Of a stretch of 53,248 nucleotides of DNA, positions 1 to 10,410 are shown one piece after another. The position numbers and the translations under genes were made by a program. This stretch comes from Acaryochloridaceae cyanobacterium VAR_48_metabat_390 (GTDB lineage: Bacteria; Cyanobacteriota; Cyanobacteriia; Thermosynechococcales; Thermosynechococcaceae), in NCBI GenBank assembly GCA_031422435.1, contig JANPLU010000134.1:1-53248 (forward strand), given 5' to 3'. Under the pieces are notes generated by a model, which had not been told where the DNA came from, did not search any database, and saw nothing but the letters and a program-made list of their open reading frames with translations. Every line of letters starts with the position of its first letter. Within the stretch, counting starts at the first letter, position 1.

Positions 1-222
1 CCGGAGCTGGCAAGCATTCCGGGTGAGCAAATTCATACCCCCTGGAAGCTGACTCCGCTAGAACAAAAGCTTTATGGTGTACAGCTTGGTGTTAGTTATC
101 CAAATGTTGTCGTCGACCTTTGGACTTCAGCCAAAGCGAATGAGCAGCTGTATGAGCAGGCTTGCGCTCACTTTGATGCCAAAAATCAGTCTTCTAGAAG
201 GGTTATTAAGCCTCCGCGTTGA
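1..222 (+). CDS. C-terminal fragment of a cryptochrome/photolyase, probably DASH type (5'-truncated by the window)
   Basis: Frame 1 translated by hand: PELASIPGEQIHTPWKLTPLEQKLYGVQLGVSYP...PPR*, resembling the C-terminus of cyanobacterial Cry-DASH; not in the ORF track. Confidence 0.75.
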   Translation, partial: PELASIPGEQIHTPWKLTPLEQKLYGVQLGVSYPNVVVDLWTSAKANEQLYEQACAHFDAKNQSSRRVIKPPR

Positions 223-240
223 TCATTCGAGGTGGGAGGA

Positions 241-591
241 CTATGCAATTTTAACAATCGTGCGGTCTACGGCTTTAAGATAAGTCCGACATTCTGGACA
301 GCGTTTGCCCATGGGAGGAACCACTAAAGGATGTCCGCACTTAGGGCATTTCCCTCGTGCGACAGACCACTGCAAAACAATACCTAAACTAACTAACCCA
401 ATCCAACTCGGAATAATCCCCCAGAGCCAGGGGCGTGGAACCTGCGGGATTAAAATTAAAATCGCTGCGATGCCGACGGTTGTGATGGTGCCCCAGGTCA
501 CGCCGCCAAAAATTCGCATCGCAGAAGTAAAAGGCTGATCTTCGAGAGGAACAGAAGCCTTCTCTTTAGGGTTGAGTTTGGGAGCATTCAT
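241..591 (-). CDS. Hypothetical membrane protein with two TM helices and a C-terminal zinc ribbon
   Basis: Two hydrophobic stretches followed by CPKC...CPEC. Confidence 0.7.
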   Translation of the reverse strand: MNAPKLNPKEKASVPLEDQPFTSAMRIFGGVTWGTITTVGIAAILILIPQVPRPWLWGIIPSWIGLVSLGIVLQWSVARGKCPKCGHPLVVPPMGKRCPECRTYLKAVDRTIVKIA

Positions 592-725
592 ATTACTGGG
601 AGGAGCGCGCCATTACATTGACAACAGACCAGTCTCTTCCTAGCATATATGCCTATGATGACTCAAGGTTAGAAGCTCATCAATCAGGCATAAAGCAGAA
701 AACCTTTGCAGGGAGCGATTAGGGC

Positions 726-1727
726 ATGACGCAGCTACTGGCAGGAGACATTGGTGGAACCAAGACCTTATTGCGCTTAAGCAAATTAACGTCTACAGAT
801 CTAGTGACGCTCCATGAAGCCAGTTATCCTAGCGCTCACTTTAAGCATTTGAGTCCGATTGTGAGACAGTTTTTGGGTGAGGTGGAGAATAGCGACCCCA
901 TTGCCGCCGCCTGTTTTGCGATCGCTGGCCCTGTCCAAAATGACCAATCTCTCGTCACTAATCTCTCTTGGCACCTAGACGCACGGCAGATGGAAACCGA
1001 CCTGGGAATTGCCCACATTCGGCTCATCAATGACTTTGCAGCGGTGGGCTACGGTATTTTAGCCCTTCAGCCAGGGGATGTCGTAGTTTTGCAAGATCGA
1101 CCTAAGGTTGCTCAGGCTCCTATTGCGGTGCTGGGCGCAGGGACGGGTCTGGGGGAAGCGCTGCTGGTCTGGCAGGGCAGTGATTATAAGGTTTTTGCTA
1201 CCGAAGGGGGACATACTGACTTTGCGCCGCGTACTGACCTAGAAGTAGGGCTAATGACTTTTTTGCGATCGCGTCACGGTCGCGTTTCTGTAGAACGGGT
1301 GGTGTCCGGTCAAGGCATTTACAACATCTATGAGTATTTACGCAGTGCTGAGTTTGCGGTGGCTTCTGACGCAGTAGAGGCAAAGTTTCAGCACAAAGAC
1401 CCTTCTGCGGTAATTGCAGCCCATGCCTTAGCGAGCAGCGATATTCTTTGTGCTAAGGCACTCGAACTTTTTGTGGCGGCCTATGGCGCAGAAGCAGGCA
1501 ATTTAGCGCTCAAAAGCCTGCCTTATGGCGGCTTATACCTGGCGGGGGGAGTGGGTGCAAAAATTTTGCCGAAGCTTCAGGATGGCACGTTTATCGAGAA
1601 TTTTGTAGACAAGGGACGAATGCGAGCGCTGCTTGAAGAGATTAGCATATCGCTCATTACCAATCCTAACGTTGGTCTCATTGGAGCTATTCTTTATGCT
1701 CAAAAGCTGGCGACGACTGCGGTATGA
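726..1727 (+). CDS. glk: Glucokinase
   Basis: LAGDIGGTKT, LINDF, GAGTGLG, EGGH and ERVVSGQG motifs. Confidence 0.95.
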   Translation: MTQLLAGDIGGTKTLLRLSKLTSTDLVTLHEASYPSAHFKHLSPIVRQFLGEVENSDPIAAACFAIAGPVQNDQSLVTNLSWHLDARQMETDLGIAHIRLINDFAAVGYGILALQPGDVVVLQDRPKVAQAPIAVLGAGTGLGEALLVWQGSDYKVFATEGGHTDFAPRTDLEVGLMTFLRSRHGRVSVERVVSGQGIYNIYEYLRSAEFAVASDAVEAKFQHKDPSAVIAAHALASSDILCAKALELFVAAYGAEAGNLALKSLPYGGLYLAGGVGAKILPKLQDGTFIENFVDKGRMRALLEEISISLITNPNVGLIGAILYAQKLATTAV

Positions 1728-3451
1728 CTAAACCTATGGAGCAGGGAATGTTTGAGGACAAAGAACTGGCGGCTAATGTGATCCAGGCGATGGGCGATGC
1801 GGTGATTACAACCGATGTGACTGGGATTATCCAATATCTCAATCCAATCGCTGAGCAGATGACGGGATGGCGTTTAAAACAGGCTAAAGGACTGCCTCTG
1901 CTGGAAGTTTTTCGCGTAACAAAAGCCCATTCGACACTACAAAATACGGCGAATGTGGTTACGGCCGCTACAAGTGCTGGCAAGGCCGTGGGGCTGGATC
2001 ATTCCAGTACTCTTATAGCGCGGGATGGTGCTGAGTACGTCATTGACGGCACTGCTGCTCCTGTGCGCGATTGCAGCAGCCAGATGATTGGCATTGTAAT
2101 TGTCTTCCGAGACGTGACGCAGCATTATGCCCTAGCGCGGAAGCTTTCGTGGCAGGCCAGTCATGATTTTTTGACCGGATTAGCAAACCGAAGAGAATTT
2201 GAGCAGCGGCTGGCAGAGACAATCTTTAGCGCTCAAGAAAACGGACAGCAGCATACGTTGTGCTATCTCGACCTGGACCAGTTCAAAGTTGTGAATGACA
2301 CCTGTGGTCATGTCGCCGGAGATGAGCTGTTGCGTCAGCTTTCGGTATTGCTGCGGCGACGACTGCGCACAACGGATACTCTAGCTCGCATTGGCGGCGA
2401 TGAGTTTGGCATCATCCTACATGATTGCGATCCCCTAAACGCCAATAGCATTACGGATCATCTTTTAAAGATGATCCAGGGCTTCCGGTTTGTGTGGCAG
2501 AGCAACACCTTTAGTATTGGAGCCAGCATTGGTCTGGTTCCTATCAATGCCCAGAGCCGTGACCTCAACTCTATTTTGGGGGCGGCAGATGCTGCCTGCT
2601 ATGCTGCAAAAGAACGAGGACGCAATCGTATTCATGTCTATCAGGCGGATGATCTAGATCTGGTGCAGCAGCGGGGAGAACGCCGTTGGATTGCCCGCAT
2701 TACAAAGGCGCTTGAGGAAAAGCGCTTCTGTCTCTATCAGCAAAAGATTATACCCATCGACCTAAAATCTGGTGCTAAAACTCACTATGAGCTGCTGCTA
2801 CGGATGGTATCAGTGACGGGTGAAGTGATTGCGCCTATGGCGTTTATTCCAGCGGCGGAGCGCTATGGGCTAATGATATCGATTGATCGATGGGTGGTCA
2901 GCCATTTCTTTGCAGCCTATAAGTCTTTGTCCCAAAAGAGGTTGACAGCATCTCAGGATTCAGATTGTGTATATGCTATTAACCTGTCTGGGGTGAGCGT
3001 CAGCGACGATCATTTTCTTGCGTTCTTAAAAGAGCAGTTTATGGCGCATGAAATCTTGCCCGAGACGATCTGTTTTGAAATTACAGAGACGGCGGCGATC
3101 GCCAACCTTAGCAAGGCCGCCCACCTGATTGAAGAAATTAAGGACATGGGCTGTTCTTTTGCCTTAGATGATTTTGGCAGCGGCATGAGTTCCTTTGCTT
3201 ACCTCAAAAATCTTCCGGTAGACTACGTGAAGATTGACGGCAGCTTTATCAAAAATATTATGAACGATTCGGTCGATAGCGCCCTGGTTGAGTGCATGAA
3301 CCGAATTGGCCATGAGATTGGGATGCAGACCATTGCCGAATTTGTCGAAAACGACTCGATTTTAGAAAAGCTGCGCGGGTTTGGTGTGGACTATGCACAG
3401 GGATATGGCATTGCCAAACCTTCTCCGTTAGACTTTGGCTTTGCTGCCTAG
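1724..3451 (+). CDS. PAS-GGDEF-EAL diguanylate cyclase/phosphodiesterase
   Basis: PAS domain, HDFLTGLANR, RTTD I-site, GGDEF, ELLLR, EITET, DDFGSG; ATGA overlap with glk. Confidence 0.95.
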   Translation: MTKPMEQGMFEDKELAANVIQAMGDAVITTDVTGIIQYLNPIAEQMTGWRLKQAKGLPLLEVFRVTKAHSTLQNTANVVTAATSAGKAVGLDHSSTLIARDGAEYVIDGTAAPVRDCSSQMIGIVIVFRDVTQHYALARKLSWQASHDFLTGLANRREFEQRLAETIFSAQENGQQHTLCYLDLDQFKVVNDTCGHVAGDELLRQLSVLLRRRLRTTDTLARIGGDEFGIILHDCDPLNANSITDHLLKMIQGFRFVWQSNTFSIGASIGLVPINAQSRDLNSILGAADAACYAAKERGRNRIHVYQADDLDLVQQRGERRWIARITKALEEKRFCLYQQKIIPIDLKSGAKTHYELLLRMVSVTGEVIAPMAFIPAAERYGLMISIDRWVVSHFFAAYKSLSQKRLTASQDSDCVYAINLSGVSVSDDHFLAFLKEQFMAHEILPETICFEITETAAIANLSKAAHLIEEIKDMGCSFALDDFGSGMSSFAYLKNLPVDYVKIDGSFIKNIMNDSVDSALVECMNRIGHEIGMQTIAEFVENDSILEKLRGFGVDYAQGYGIAKPSPLDFGFAA

Positions 3452-3601
3452 TACTTCCTCAATCAGTGGATCGCAGGTCAGAAGGACTGTCTGAGTAAAT
3501 GAATAGAATGAGGCTCATACAAAAGCAGCCGCCGATAGTGCGTGACCACTGCCGTAGAGGTTAGTGCTGGGATTGAAGCATGAAACCCAAGCGACCACTG
3601 A

Positions 3602-4147
3602 CTAAGAATAGAGTGCTAAAAGGCGATCGCGGATGGCATACAGATTCTGAGGTAAGTCTTTCTTCAGGCGCTGCTCAATGGCAATTACCGGAATCGTCGC
3701 CTTTGCCCAGACCTCTAAAATATAGGTCAGTCGGGTTCCGCCCCCGTCCGTTTCTGGAACAGACTGAAGCAGCCACTCACCCGAAAATGACTTGAAATCT
3801 CCTTCTGCCATCGTGAAGCGAATTGCTGAGGGATATTCTTCCACCATATCTAAGACCACCCGTGCCGAAAACGTCACCACCTTAAGATTTTGAGTGCCGA
3901 CCTGCTCAACCCGAATGCCGCCGTCTGGATGCGGGACGCGGCAGCTTTTGGCAAGGTTAGGGATAAAGTCTGCCAGCGCTTCATAATCTGTCAGAACGCC
4001 CCAAACCTGCTCAATCGGTTGGGGAAGATGAATGGTTGCCTCAATGCGGCGTTGGCGACCTGCCAATTTAGAAATGGTTAGCAGTACGCTGCTGTCTAGC
4101 GCTTCAGCACGTTTAGCAACGATAGGAAGGGAGTCAAGTTCTATCAT
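3602..4147 (-). CDS. SRPBCC family cyclase/dehydrase-like protein
   Basis: VWGVLTDYEALADFIPNL and GDFKSFSGEW signature. Confidence 0.85.
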   Translation of the reverse strand: MIELDSLPIVAKRAEALDSSVLLTISKLAGRQRRIEATIHLPQPIEQVWGVLTDYEALADFIPNLAKSCRVPHPDGGIRVEQVGTQNLKVVTFSARVVLDMVEEYPSAIRFTMAEGDFKSFSGEWLLQSVPETDGGGTRLTYILEVWAKATIPVIAIEQRLKKDLPQNLYAIRDRLLALYS

Positions 4148-4299
4148 GGTGGAATCAAGACACGACGAAAGAATGAGTTTTCACAAAAGGAGTAGATATA
4201 CTCACTAGGTTAAGACAAAGACGCATAACTTTACAGGTCTTAACCTTATCTAAAGCTCCTCTTCTAGTGTTCCCCGTTTGAACCTAAACCGCAGTTACT

Positions 4300-6078
4300 A
4301 TGGTCACATCTTCTCGTCAGCCACCGCCCCTCAACCGCCTTCTGCACTATAGTCGTCCCTTTTCGCGGGAGATTTGGCTGGCAAGCATTTGTTCCGTCCT
4401 GAATAAAGTGTTTGACTTGGCTCCCCCCGCCTTGATTGGGATGGCGGTGGACGTGGTGGTGCAAAAAGATCAGTCGGCGATCGCACGTTGGGGCATCCCA
4501 GACGTGGGTCAGCAGTTGGCGCTGATCTGTGGGCTATCTATCATTATTTGGGGTCTGGAGTCGCTGTTTGAGTATTTCTATGCGCGGCTCTGGCGCAATT
4601 TAGCGCAGACTGTTCAGCACTATCTGCGGCTAGACGGCTACGGTCATCTCCAAAACCTCGAAATGGCGTTTTTTGAGGAGCAAAGTACCGGAAGCCTGAT
4701 GTCGATTTTGAGCGACGATGTTAACCAGCTTGAGCGGTTCTTAGACGGCGGTGCTAACGAAGTCATTCAGGTCATCACCACAGTCATTATTATTGGCGGC
4801 GCATTTTTTGTGCTGGCTCCAGGGGTAGCGTGGGTGGCAGTGTTGCCCATGCCCTTTATTATTTGGGGGGCGATCGCCTTTCAAAAGGTGCTGGCTCCCC
4901 GCTATGCCGCTGTGCGAGAACGCGTTAGCTTTCTCAATAGCCGTTTGTCTAATAACCTGAGCGGCATTACCACCATTAAAAGCTTCACCACCGAAGCCTT
5001 TGAAGCCGAGCAGATCCGCCAAGACAGTGAAGCCTATCGCCAAAGTAACCGCTATGCGATCGCCCTCAGTGCTGCCTTTGTGCCGCTGATCCGAATTTTG
5101 ATTTTGCTGGCCTTTTTAGCCACCCTCGGCGGCGGCGGACTTCAGGTGGTGGCAGGTAATCTCACCGTCGGCACCTACAGCGTCCTGATCTATTTGATTC
5201 AGCGGCTGCTTTGGCCTCTCACCCGCTTGGGCGATACCCTCGACCAGTATCAGCGAGCGATGGCCTCCACCCAGCGCGTGATGAATCTGCTAGACACGCC
5301 TCTAGAAATCCATTCTGGCGCAACGCCATTACCGATCAATGAGGTCAAGGGCGAAATTTTGTTTGATCACGTCACCTTTGGCTATCAAAACGGGCGCGCC
5401 ATTATTGAAGACCTCACCTTGAAAGTGCCTGCTGGTCAAACGATCGCCATTGTGGGTTCTACAGGTTCTGGCAAAAGTACTCTTGTTAAGCTGCTGCTGC
5501 GGTTTTATGAGATCCAGTCGGGTCAGATTTGGCTAGACGACATTTTCATTGGGGATCTGCGCCTGAAAGACTTACGCGCCTGTATTGGCTTAGTCAGCCA
5601 GGATATTTTCTTGTTCCACGGCACCGTCCGCGAAAATATTGCCTATGGCTGTCCAGAGGCGGCGGCAGAGGACATTATGACTGCGGCTAAAAATGCCGAA
5701 GCCCACGAATTTATCCAGCAGCTTCCCCAAGGCTACGACACCATTGTGGGAGAGCGGGGGCAGAAGCTTTCCGGTGGTCAGCGGCAGCGTTTGGCGATCG
5801 CTCGTGCCCTCCTCAAAGATCCACCCATTCTCATTTTGGATGAGGCTACGTCTGCAGTAGATAATGAAACCGAGGCGGCGATTCAGAAGTCGCTAGAGTA
5901 CATTACGGCGAACCGAACGACCGTGGCGATCGCCCATCGACTCTCCACAATTCGCTATGCCGACTGTATCTACGTGATGGAGCAGGGCAAAATTGTAGAG
6001 CAGGGCAAGCATGAGGCGCTACTGGATCTGGGGGGAATTTATACCCAACTCTGGAATGTCCAGACGGGACAACGGTGA
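4300..6078 (+). CDS. ABC exporter, fused permease/ATPase
   Basis: N-terminal TM domain, GSTGSGKST, LSGGQRQR, ILDEATS, AHRLST. Confidence 0.95.
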   Translation: MVTSSRQPPPLNRLLHYSRPFSREIWLASICSVLNKVFDLAPPALIGMAVDVVVQKDQSAIARWGIPDVGQQLALICGLSIIIWGLESLFEYFYARLWRNLAQTVQHYLRLDGYGHLQNLEMAFFEEQSTGSLMSILSDDVNQLERFLDGGANEVIQVITTVIIIGGAFFVLAPGVAWVAVLPMPFIIWGAIAFQKVLAPRYAAVRERVSFLNSRLSNNLSGITTIKSFTTEAFEAEQIRQDSEAYRQSNRYAIALSAAFVPLIRILILLAFLATLGGGGLQVVAGNLTVGTYSVLIYLIQRLLWPLTRLGDTLDQYQRAMASTQRVMNLLDTPLEIHSGATPLPINEVKGEILFDHVTFGYQNGRAIIEDLTLKVPAGQTIAIVGSTGSGKSTLVKLLLRFYEIQSGQIWLDDIFIGDLRLKDLRACIGLVSQDIFLFHGTVRENIAYGCPEAAAEDIMTAAKNAEAHEFIQQLPQGYDTIVGERGQKLSGGQRQRLAIARALLKDPPILILDEATSAVDNETEAAIQKSLEYITANRTTVAIAHRLSTIRYADCIYVMEQGKIVEQGKHEALLDLGGIYTQLWNVQTGQR

Positions 6079-6249
6079 GACTCTTTAATTGGGAAGGTCT
6101 GCTCAATCAAGCTCTCCTCTCTACTCGCTCCTAAGACAGCTACCCCCGCTAGAATATGCCACAGTAGTAGGTGAAACTGTTCTGGATCGCTCAGGATGCT
6201 GCATTTACTGCTCAGGGCGGGGGCTTGGACTCAGTCGCTCTTTCAACAC

Positions 6250-7116
6250 ATGAGAAAAATTTTACTCTCCATAAACGCTTGGTGCGTAGCGATCTCCCAG
6301 CGCCTGCTCCCCCTTTGCCTCTGCTTGGGCTTAACTTTTGGAGGAGGATTTACCACAGGCGCCCTCGCATCATCCACCCCGACTACTACCAGCGAAACGG
6401 CTCAAGAAGCCGTCAATAGCCTCTTTGACCAGGCCTTTGAAGCCACCAGCCGTAGCGACTTTGCCACCGCAGAAACCTACTGGACTTTAATTCTAGAGAC
6501 CTACCCCAACAATGCAGCGGTCTGGAGCAATCGCGGTAATGCTCGTGTGAGTCAACATAAGCTTCAGGAGGCTTTAGCAGACTATAACCAGTCGATCACC
6601 TTAGCCCCTGATCAGCCAGACTCTTACCTCAATCGCGGGACAGCATTAGAAGGGCTACAGCAGTGGGATGCGGCGATCGCAGACTACAACCATGTTCTAG
6701 ACCTCGAACCGAATGATGCAGCCGCCTACAATAACCGAGGGAATGCCAAATCTGGCTCGGGTGACTGGCAAAGTGCTTTAGTCGATTTTGAACAAGCGGC
6801 TCAGCTTAACCCTGGCTTTGCAATGGCGCGAGCAAATTGTGCTCTAGCGCTGTATCAACTGGGTCAATCAGAAGAAGCCATTCATCAGTTTCGGAATTTA
6901 GTGCGAAAGTATCCGCAGTTTGCAGATATGCGAGCAGCGTTGGCAGCAGCGCTATGGACTCAAGGACAGCGGGGTGAAGCAGAGAGTCAGTGGGTAGCCG
7001 TCGTAGGGCTAGACTCACGCTACCGGAATTTAGAATGGGTAGAAACCATCCGTCGTTGGCCTCCGGCAATGGCAGATGCTTTGGCTCAGTTTTTATCGCT
7101 GCAAACCAAGCGCTGA
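6250..7116 (+). CDS. Tetratricopeptide-repeat protein (start uncertain, 6196 or 6250)
   Basis: Repeated NRG...A..DY TPR units; N-terminal signal-like segment. Confidence 0.85.
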   Translation: MRKILLSINAWCVAISQRLLPLCLCLGLTFGGGFTTGALASSTPTTTSETAQEAVNSLFDQAFEATSRSDFATAETYWTLILETYPNNAAVWSNRGNARVSQHKLQEALADYNQSITLAPDQPDSYLNRGTALEGLQQWDAAIADYNHVLDLEPNDAAAYNNRGNAKSGSGDWQSALVDFEQAAQLNPGFAMARANCALALYQLGQSEEAIHQFRNLVRKYPQFADMRAALAAALWTQGQRGEAESQWVAVVGLDSRYRNLEWVETIRRWPPAMADALAQFLSLQTKR

Positions 7117-7146
7117 TGATGTTCAATCTCTTACTCCACTGAAGCT

Positions 7147-7617
7147 ATGAACCCGTACAACATCCGTCAGGCAATACCAGCGGATACAAATGCCATCTTT
7201 AGCCTGATTCAAGAACTGGCACTCTATGAAAAGCTGATGCATCAGGTGACTGGAACACCAGAGGATCTGTTTGGCAATGCGCCCTGTGCAGAAGCGCTGG
7301 TAGTGGAATTTGAGGGACAGCTTATTGGGTTCGCCCTATTTTTTAAAAACTACTCCACATTTTTAACGAAACCTGGGTTGTATTTAGAAGATCTTTTTGT
7401 ACAGGAAGGCTATCGCGGGCAAGGAATTGGCAAGGCATTACTGAAGGCCGTTGCTCAGATTGCCCAAGCGCGTGGCTATGGTCGACTGGAGTGGAGCGTA
7501 CTGGACTGGAACGCAACGGCGATCGCTTTCTACCGTAGGATGGGTGCAGAGGTACTCCCCGACTGGCGGATTTGCCGCGTCACTGGAGATTCGCTGCAGT
7601 TGATAGGTAATGCTTGA
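7147..7617 (+). CDS. GNAT N-acetyltransferase (SSAT/diamine acetyltransferase-like)
   Basis: ELALYEK, LYLEDLFV, RGQGIG, WSVLDWN..AIAFY. Confidence 0.9.
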   Translation: MNPYNIRQAIPADTNAIFSLIQELALYEKLMHQVTGTPEDLFGNAPCAEALVVEFEGQLIGFALFFKNYSTFLTKPGLYLEDLFVQEGYRGQGIGKALLKAVAQIAQARGYGRLEWSVLDWNATAIAFYRRMGAEVLPDWRICRVTGDSLQLIGNA

Positions 7618-7717
7618 GTCAAGATCCGGCACTGTAGTGGGATTGGATATGCTGCGTCAATTTGAAGCGTTATGACCTGATGTTTGGCGCTGCGGCCTAT
7701 CGCTCTGTTTTTGACCA

Positions 7718-8983
7718 TCAGCAAGCCTTGGCTACGGTCATCGGCTGCATCTTCTGGGTGGTTGCAATGCAATCCGCTAAATAAATTGCATCCCGTGCAA
7801 TCCCTGAAAACCTTCCAGAACCCCAGGTATAGAGCCAAGGTAAGCCTAAAAAGTACAGTCCTTGTACCCCTGTCACGCCACGCTCATGCTCAGGGTATCC
7901 CTTTTCATCAAATACCGGAATTTCAACCCAACTAAAATCAGACTGATACCCCGTACACCAAACCACTGCACCAATATCAGCGGCATTGTAGTCTAGCGCC
8001 AAGTCATCAACTTCAGGTTCCCAAACGGGTTGATAGGGTAAGTCAATCGTTGCTTCAGTGTGGTGCTTTTCGATAAAGTCATCAATGCTTTTTTTGATAT
8101 TTTCAGCGACAGCATCCGCTTTGTCTAGGTTTTTCTTCAGGTCATCGCAAAACTGAAGGGTGCTGCCATTGATACTTTGAAGCCTTCCGTGGAGCTGCAT
8201 CCCTTCAAGGGCAAACTGTCGTAGGTCAATATCGCGGCCTCCGTCTCGTCCGGTGACATAGTGATTGGCATTGGTTCTTACCTTATCTTTTTGGGGATGT
8301 TGATCAATCGACAGATCGTAATACCCCATCTGGTCTAGCCAATCCACCACGTCTTTGCCTCGATATCTACGGGGCGATCGCGGTGCCCCCCCCACGCACA
8401 AATGCACTTGCTTACCAGCCAGGTGTAAATCTTCGGCAATTTGACAGCCAGACTGTCCAGTGCCTACCACTAGGATGGCTTTGTCGGGTAGAGACTCTGG
8501 ATTTTTGTACTCTGATGAATGAAGTTGAACCATAGATTCAGGCAACCGTTGGGAGATTTTGGGTAGCTTGGGGATATGGTAGCCCCCCACCGCAATCACC
8601 ACCTGATCTGCTGTGTATTGTCCTAAGGCGGTTGAAACCTCAAAAATATCCGCATTGCTGCTATCCTTACGAATTTTGGAAACGCCCACCGCTTCTTTAA
8701 TGGGCGCATCAAAAGAAGCCGCATAGTTCTCAATGTACTGAACAATTGCGTCTCTTTGCATGAATCCATGCGGATCATTGCCCGAATAAGGGTAGCCCGG
8801 AAGCCGACATTGCCAGTTAGGCGTCACCAGGCAAAAAGAATCCCAACGTTTTGAGCGCCAAGCATGAGCAATTTCATTTTTCTCGAAGATAATGTGGTCT
8901 AAGTCTCTTTCTTTTAAGCAATAGCTTGCAGACAAGCCCGCCTGTCCACCGCCTACTACAATGACGGAATAATGCGTTTTCAT
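7718..8983 (-). CDS. MSMEG_0569 family flavin-dependent oxidoreductase (Nit1C-associated)
   Basis: GGGQAG, RWDSFCLVTPNW, GTGQSGCQIAEDL, NHYVTGRDGG, TWGSGRF. Confidence 0.85.
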   Translation of the reverse strand: MKTHYSVIVVGGGQAGLSASYCLKERDLDHIIFEKNEIAHAWRSKRWDSFCLVTPNWQCRLPGYPYSGNDPHGFMQRDAIVQYIENYAASFDAPIKEAVGVSKIRKDSSNADIFEVSTALGQYTADQVVIAVGGYHIPKLPKISQRLPESMVQLHSSEYKNPESLPDKAILVVGTGQSGCQIAEDLHLAGKQVHLCVGGAPRSPRRYRGKDVVDWLDQMGYYDLSIDQHPQKDKVRTNANHYVTGRDGGRDIDLRQFALEGMQLHGRLQSINGSTLQFCDDLKKNLDKADAVAENIKKSIDDFIEKHHTEATIDLPYQPVWEPEVDDLALDYNAADIGAVVWCTGYQSDFSWVEIPVFDEKGYPEHERGVTGVQGLYFLGLPWLYTWGSGRFSGIARDAIYLADCIATTQKMQPMTVAKAC

Positions 8984-9021
8984 TAAATCCTCTTTTCCTC
9001 AGCGATTCAGCCTGTGATGCT

Positions 9022-9064
9022 ACGTTAGAGGGTCATTTGAGGGGTGTTTTGTAGTATCCACTAC
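9022..9064 (-). promoter_or_regulatory. NtcA-activated promoter of the flavoprotein
   Basis: Perfect GTA-N8-TAC (GTAGTATCCACTAC, 9051-9064) followed 23 nt downstream on the minus strand by the -10 box TAACGT. Confidence 0.75.
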
Positions 9065-9196
9065 GGAGCCGTTAAGTCTAACGATAAGGCTAGCAAGCGT
9101 CTAGTCCGGGATTCAGAAGCGCCAGCCCTGCATTTCTATAAGCGCCTTCTCCCTATCTAAATCAATAGGTTGCGTCAAGATAAAAGTCACCTTTTG

Positions 9197-10336
9197 TCAT
9201 TCCACCCATCCATTGAGCATCACTTGGTACAGTGCCTGAAATCGAGTTTGAGCCTTGAGCTTTTTGACCGCGTTATTGACGTGAAATTTGACGGTACTTT
9301 CACTGATGATGAGATGGGCTGCAATATCGCGATCGCGCAGACCTTGAGACAATAGCTTCAAAATCTCTTGCTCTCTCTCAGACAAGGGTGAGATCTGCTG
9401 TCTTGCGCTCACGTGATAAGGAATCGTGAGCAGAATCTCAATTACCTTTTGATGAATATCTGTTTGGCTTTGTAAGACGCCTCCTAGACAGGCAACGGTT
9501 GGCTTAAGATGTCTAAGTTGAGTAGAAAACGATTCTTGCAGTTTTAGCTGAGATATTTCAGGGACTGAAATTAGGGCTTTGAGCTCTATGGCGTCTTCAC
9601 GATAAATCAGTCTGCAAGAAATGCAGTCCATCAGTTTTAGAACGTCAGCAACCTGCAGCACCATGTTGCTCACCGAAAAAGGCACCACTTGTTCTGCCCC
9701 CACTAATGTGATGCGCACTGAGTTTAATAGGTAGGCTAATTGATCTGACAACACAAGCTGGTGAAGCACTTGATTTGTAGTCGAAGATTGCCAGTTTTGC
9801 TGCGCTTGCTGGTAGTTGAGCGCCAGTTCCAGCGCCACTGCAATGGTCGTACACAGCGATTGCAGCACTTCTAAAAATTCCGTTGCCATTGCGTTTTGAC
9901 TAAAGGCCGCCAAAACGCCCACCACGCGATCGCCGACGGTCAACGGATACCCTGCAAACCCCTGAATTTTGTTGGCGATCGCCCAGTCTCGATCTTTGAC
10001 CCACGGTTCTTCGACCAGGTTGTTGCTCAAAAATGAAACCCGATTTTGTGCAATTTTTCCTACTTTGTAAGACCCCATGGCCACCCGTGCAAATTCGCCA
10101 TTGGTGCGGGTCGATAAACCCGATGAGGCTACTAAGCGAAGGGATTTGGCATCTGCCTCGACCAGCCAAATGCGTGCAAAAACACAGTCAAAGTTCTCAA
10201 TTAAGCCATGGGTGATACAGTCGGCGATCGCCTCTGGGTCAAAACAACCGCTCAATTTCTGCGCGAGCCGATTGATGCGTTGAAGATAGAAGATGAGTTG
10301 TGACCCATCTAGCAATTGTGATGAGGTTTCAGACAC
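9197..10336 (-). CDS. GAF domain + LuxR HTH transcriptional regulator (Sll0782-like)
   Basis: N-terminal GAF (FARIWL, FAGYPL); C-terminal LSEREQEIL...ISESTVKFHV. Confidence 0.85.
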   Translation of the reverse strand: MSETSSQLLDGSQLIFYLQRINRLAQKLSGCFDPEAIADCITHGLIENFDCVFARIWLVEADAKSLRLVASSGLSTRTNGEFARVAMGSYKVGKIAQNRVSFLSNNLVEEPWVKDRDWAIANKIQGFAGYPLTVGDRVVGVLAAFSQNAMATEFLEVLQSLCTTIAVALELALNYQQAQQNWQSSTTNQVLHQLVLSDQLAYLLNSVRITLVGAEQVVPFSVSNMVLQVADVLKLMDCISCRLIYREDAIELKALISVPEISQLKLQESFSTQLRHLKPTVACLGGVLQSQTDIHQKVIEILLTIPYHVSARQQISPLSEREQEILKLLSQGLRDRDIAAHLIISESTVKFHVNNAVKKLKAQTRFQALYQVMLNGWVE

Positions 10337-10396
10337 GAATCCACTCTCAAGGCAGGCTCTCTAACCTTTTCATAGTCGAGTGGCTCCCTAGAAACT

Positions 10397-10410
10397 GTGT
10401 TGTTTACTAC
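10397..10410 (-). promoter_or_regulatory. Possible degenerate NtcA site upstream of the LuxR regulator
   Basis: GTA-gtaaacaa-CAC on the minus strand, with an imperfect -10 (TATGAA) 22 nt downstream. Confidence 0.4.

Noticed and set aside
74..283. 69-aa ORF from the track
   Set aside because: Overlaps the cryptochrome C-terminus in another frame; no recognisable features
7243..7285. Apparent short deletion in the GNAT (VTGTPEDLFG looks a few residues shorter than homologues as recalled)
   Set aside because: Frame and catalytic motifs are intact; cannot be judged without an alignment
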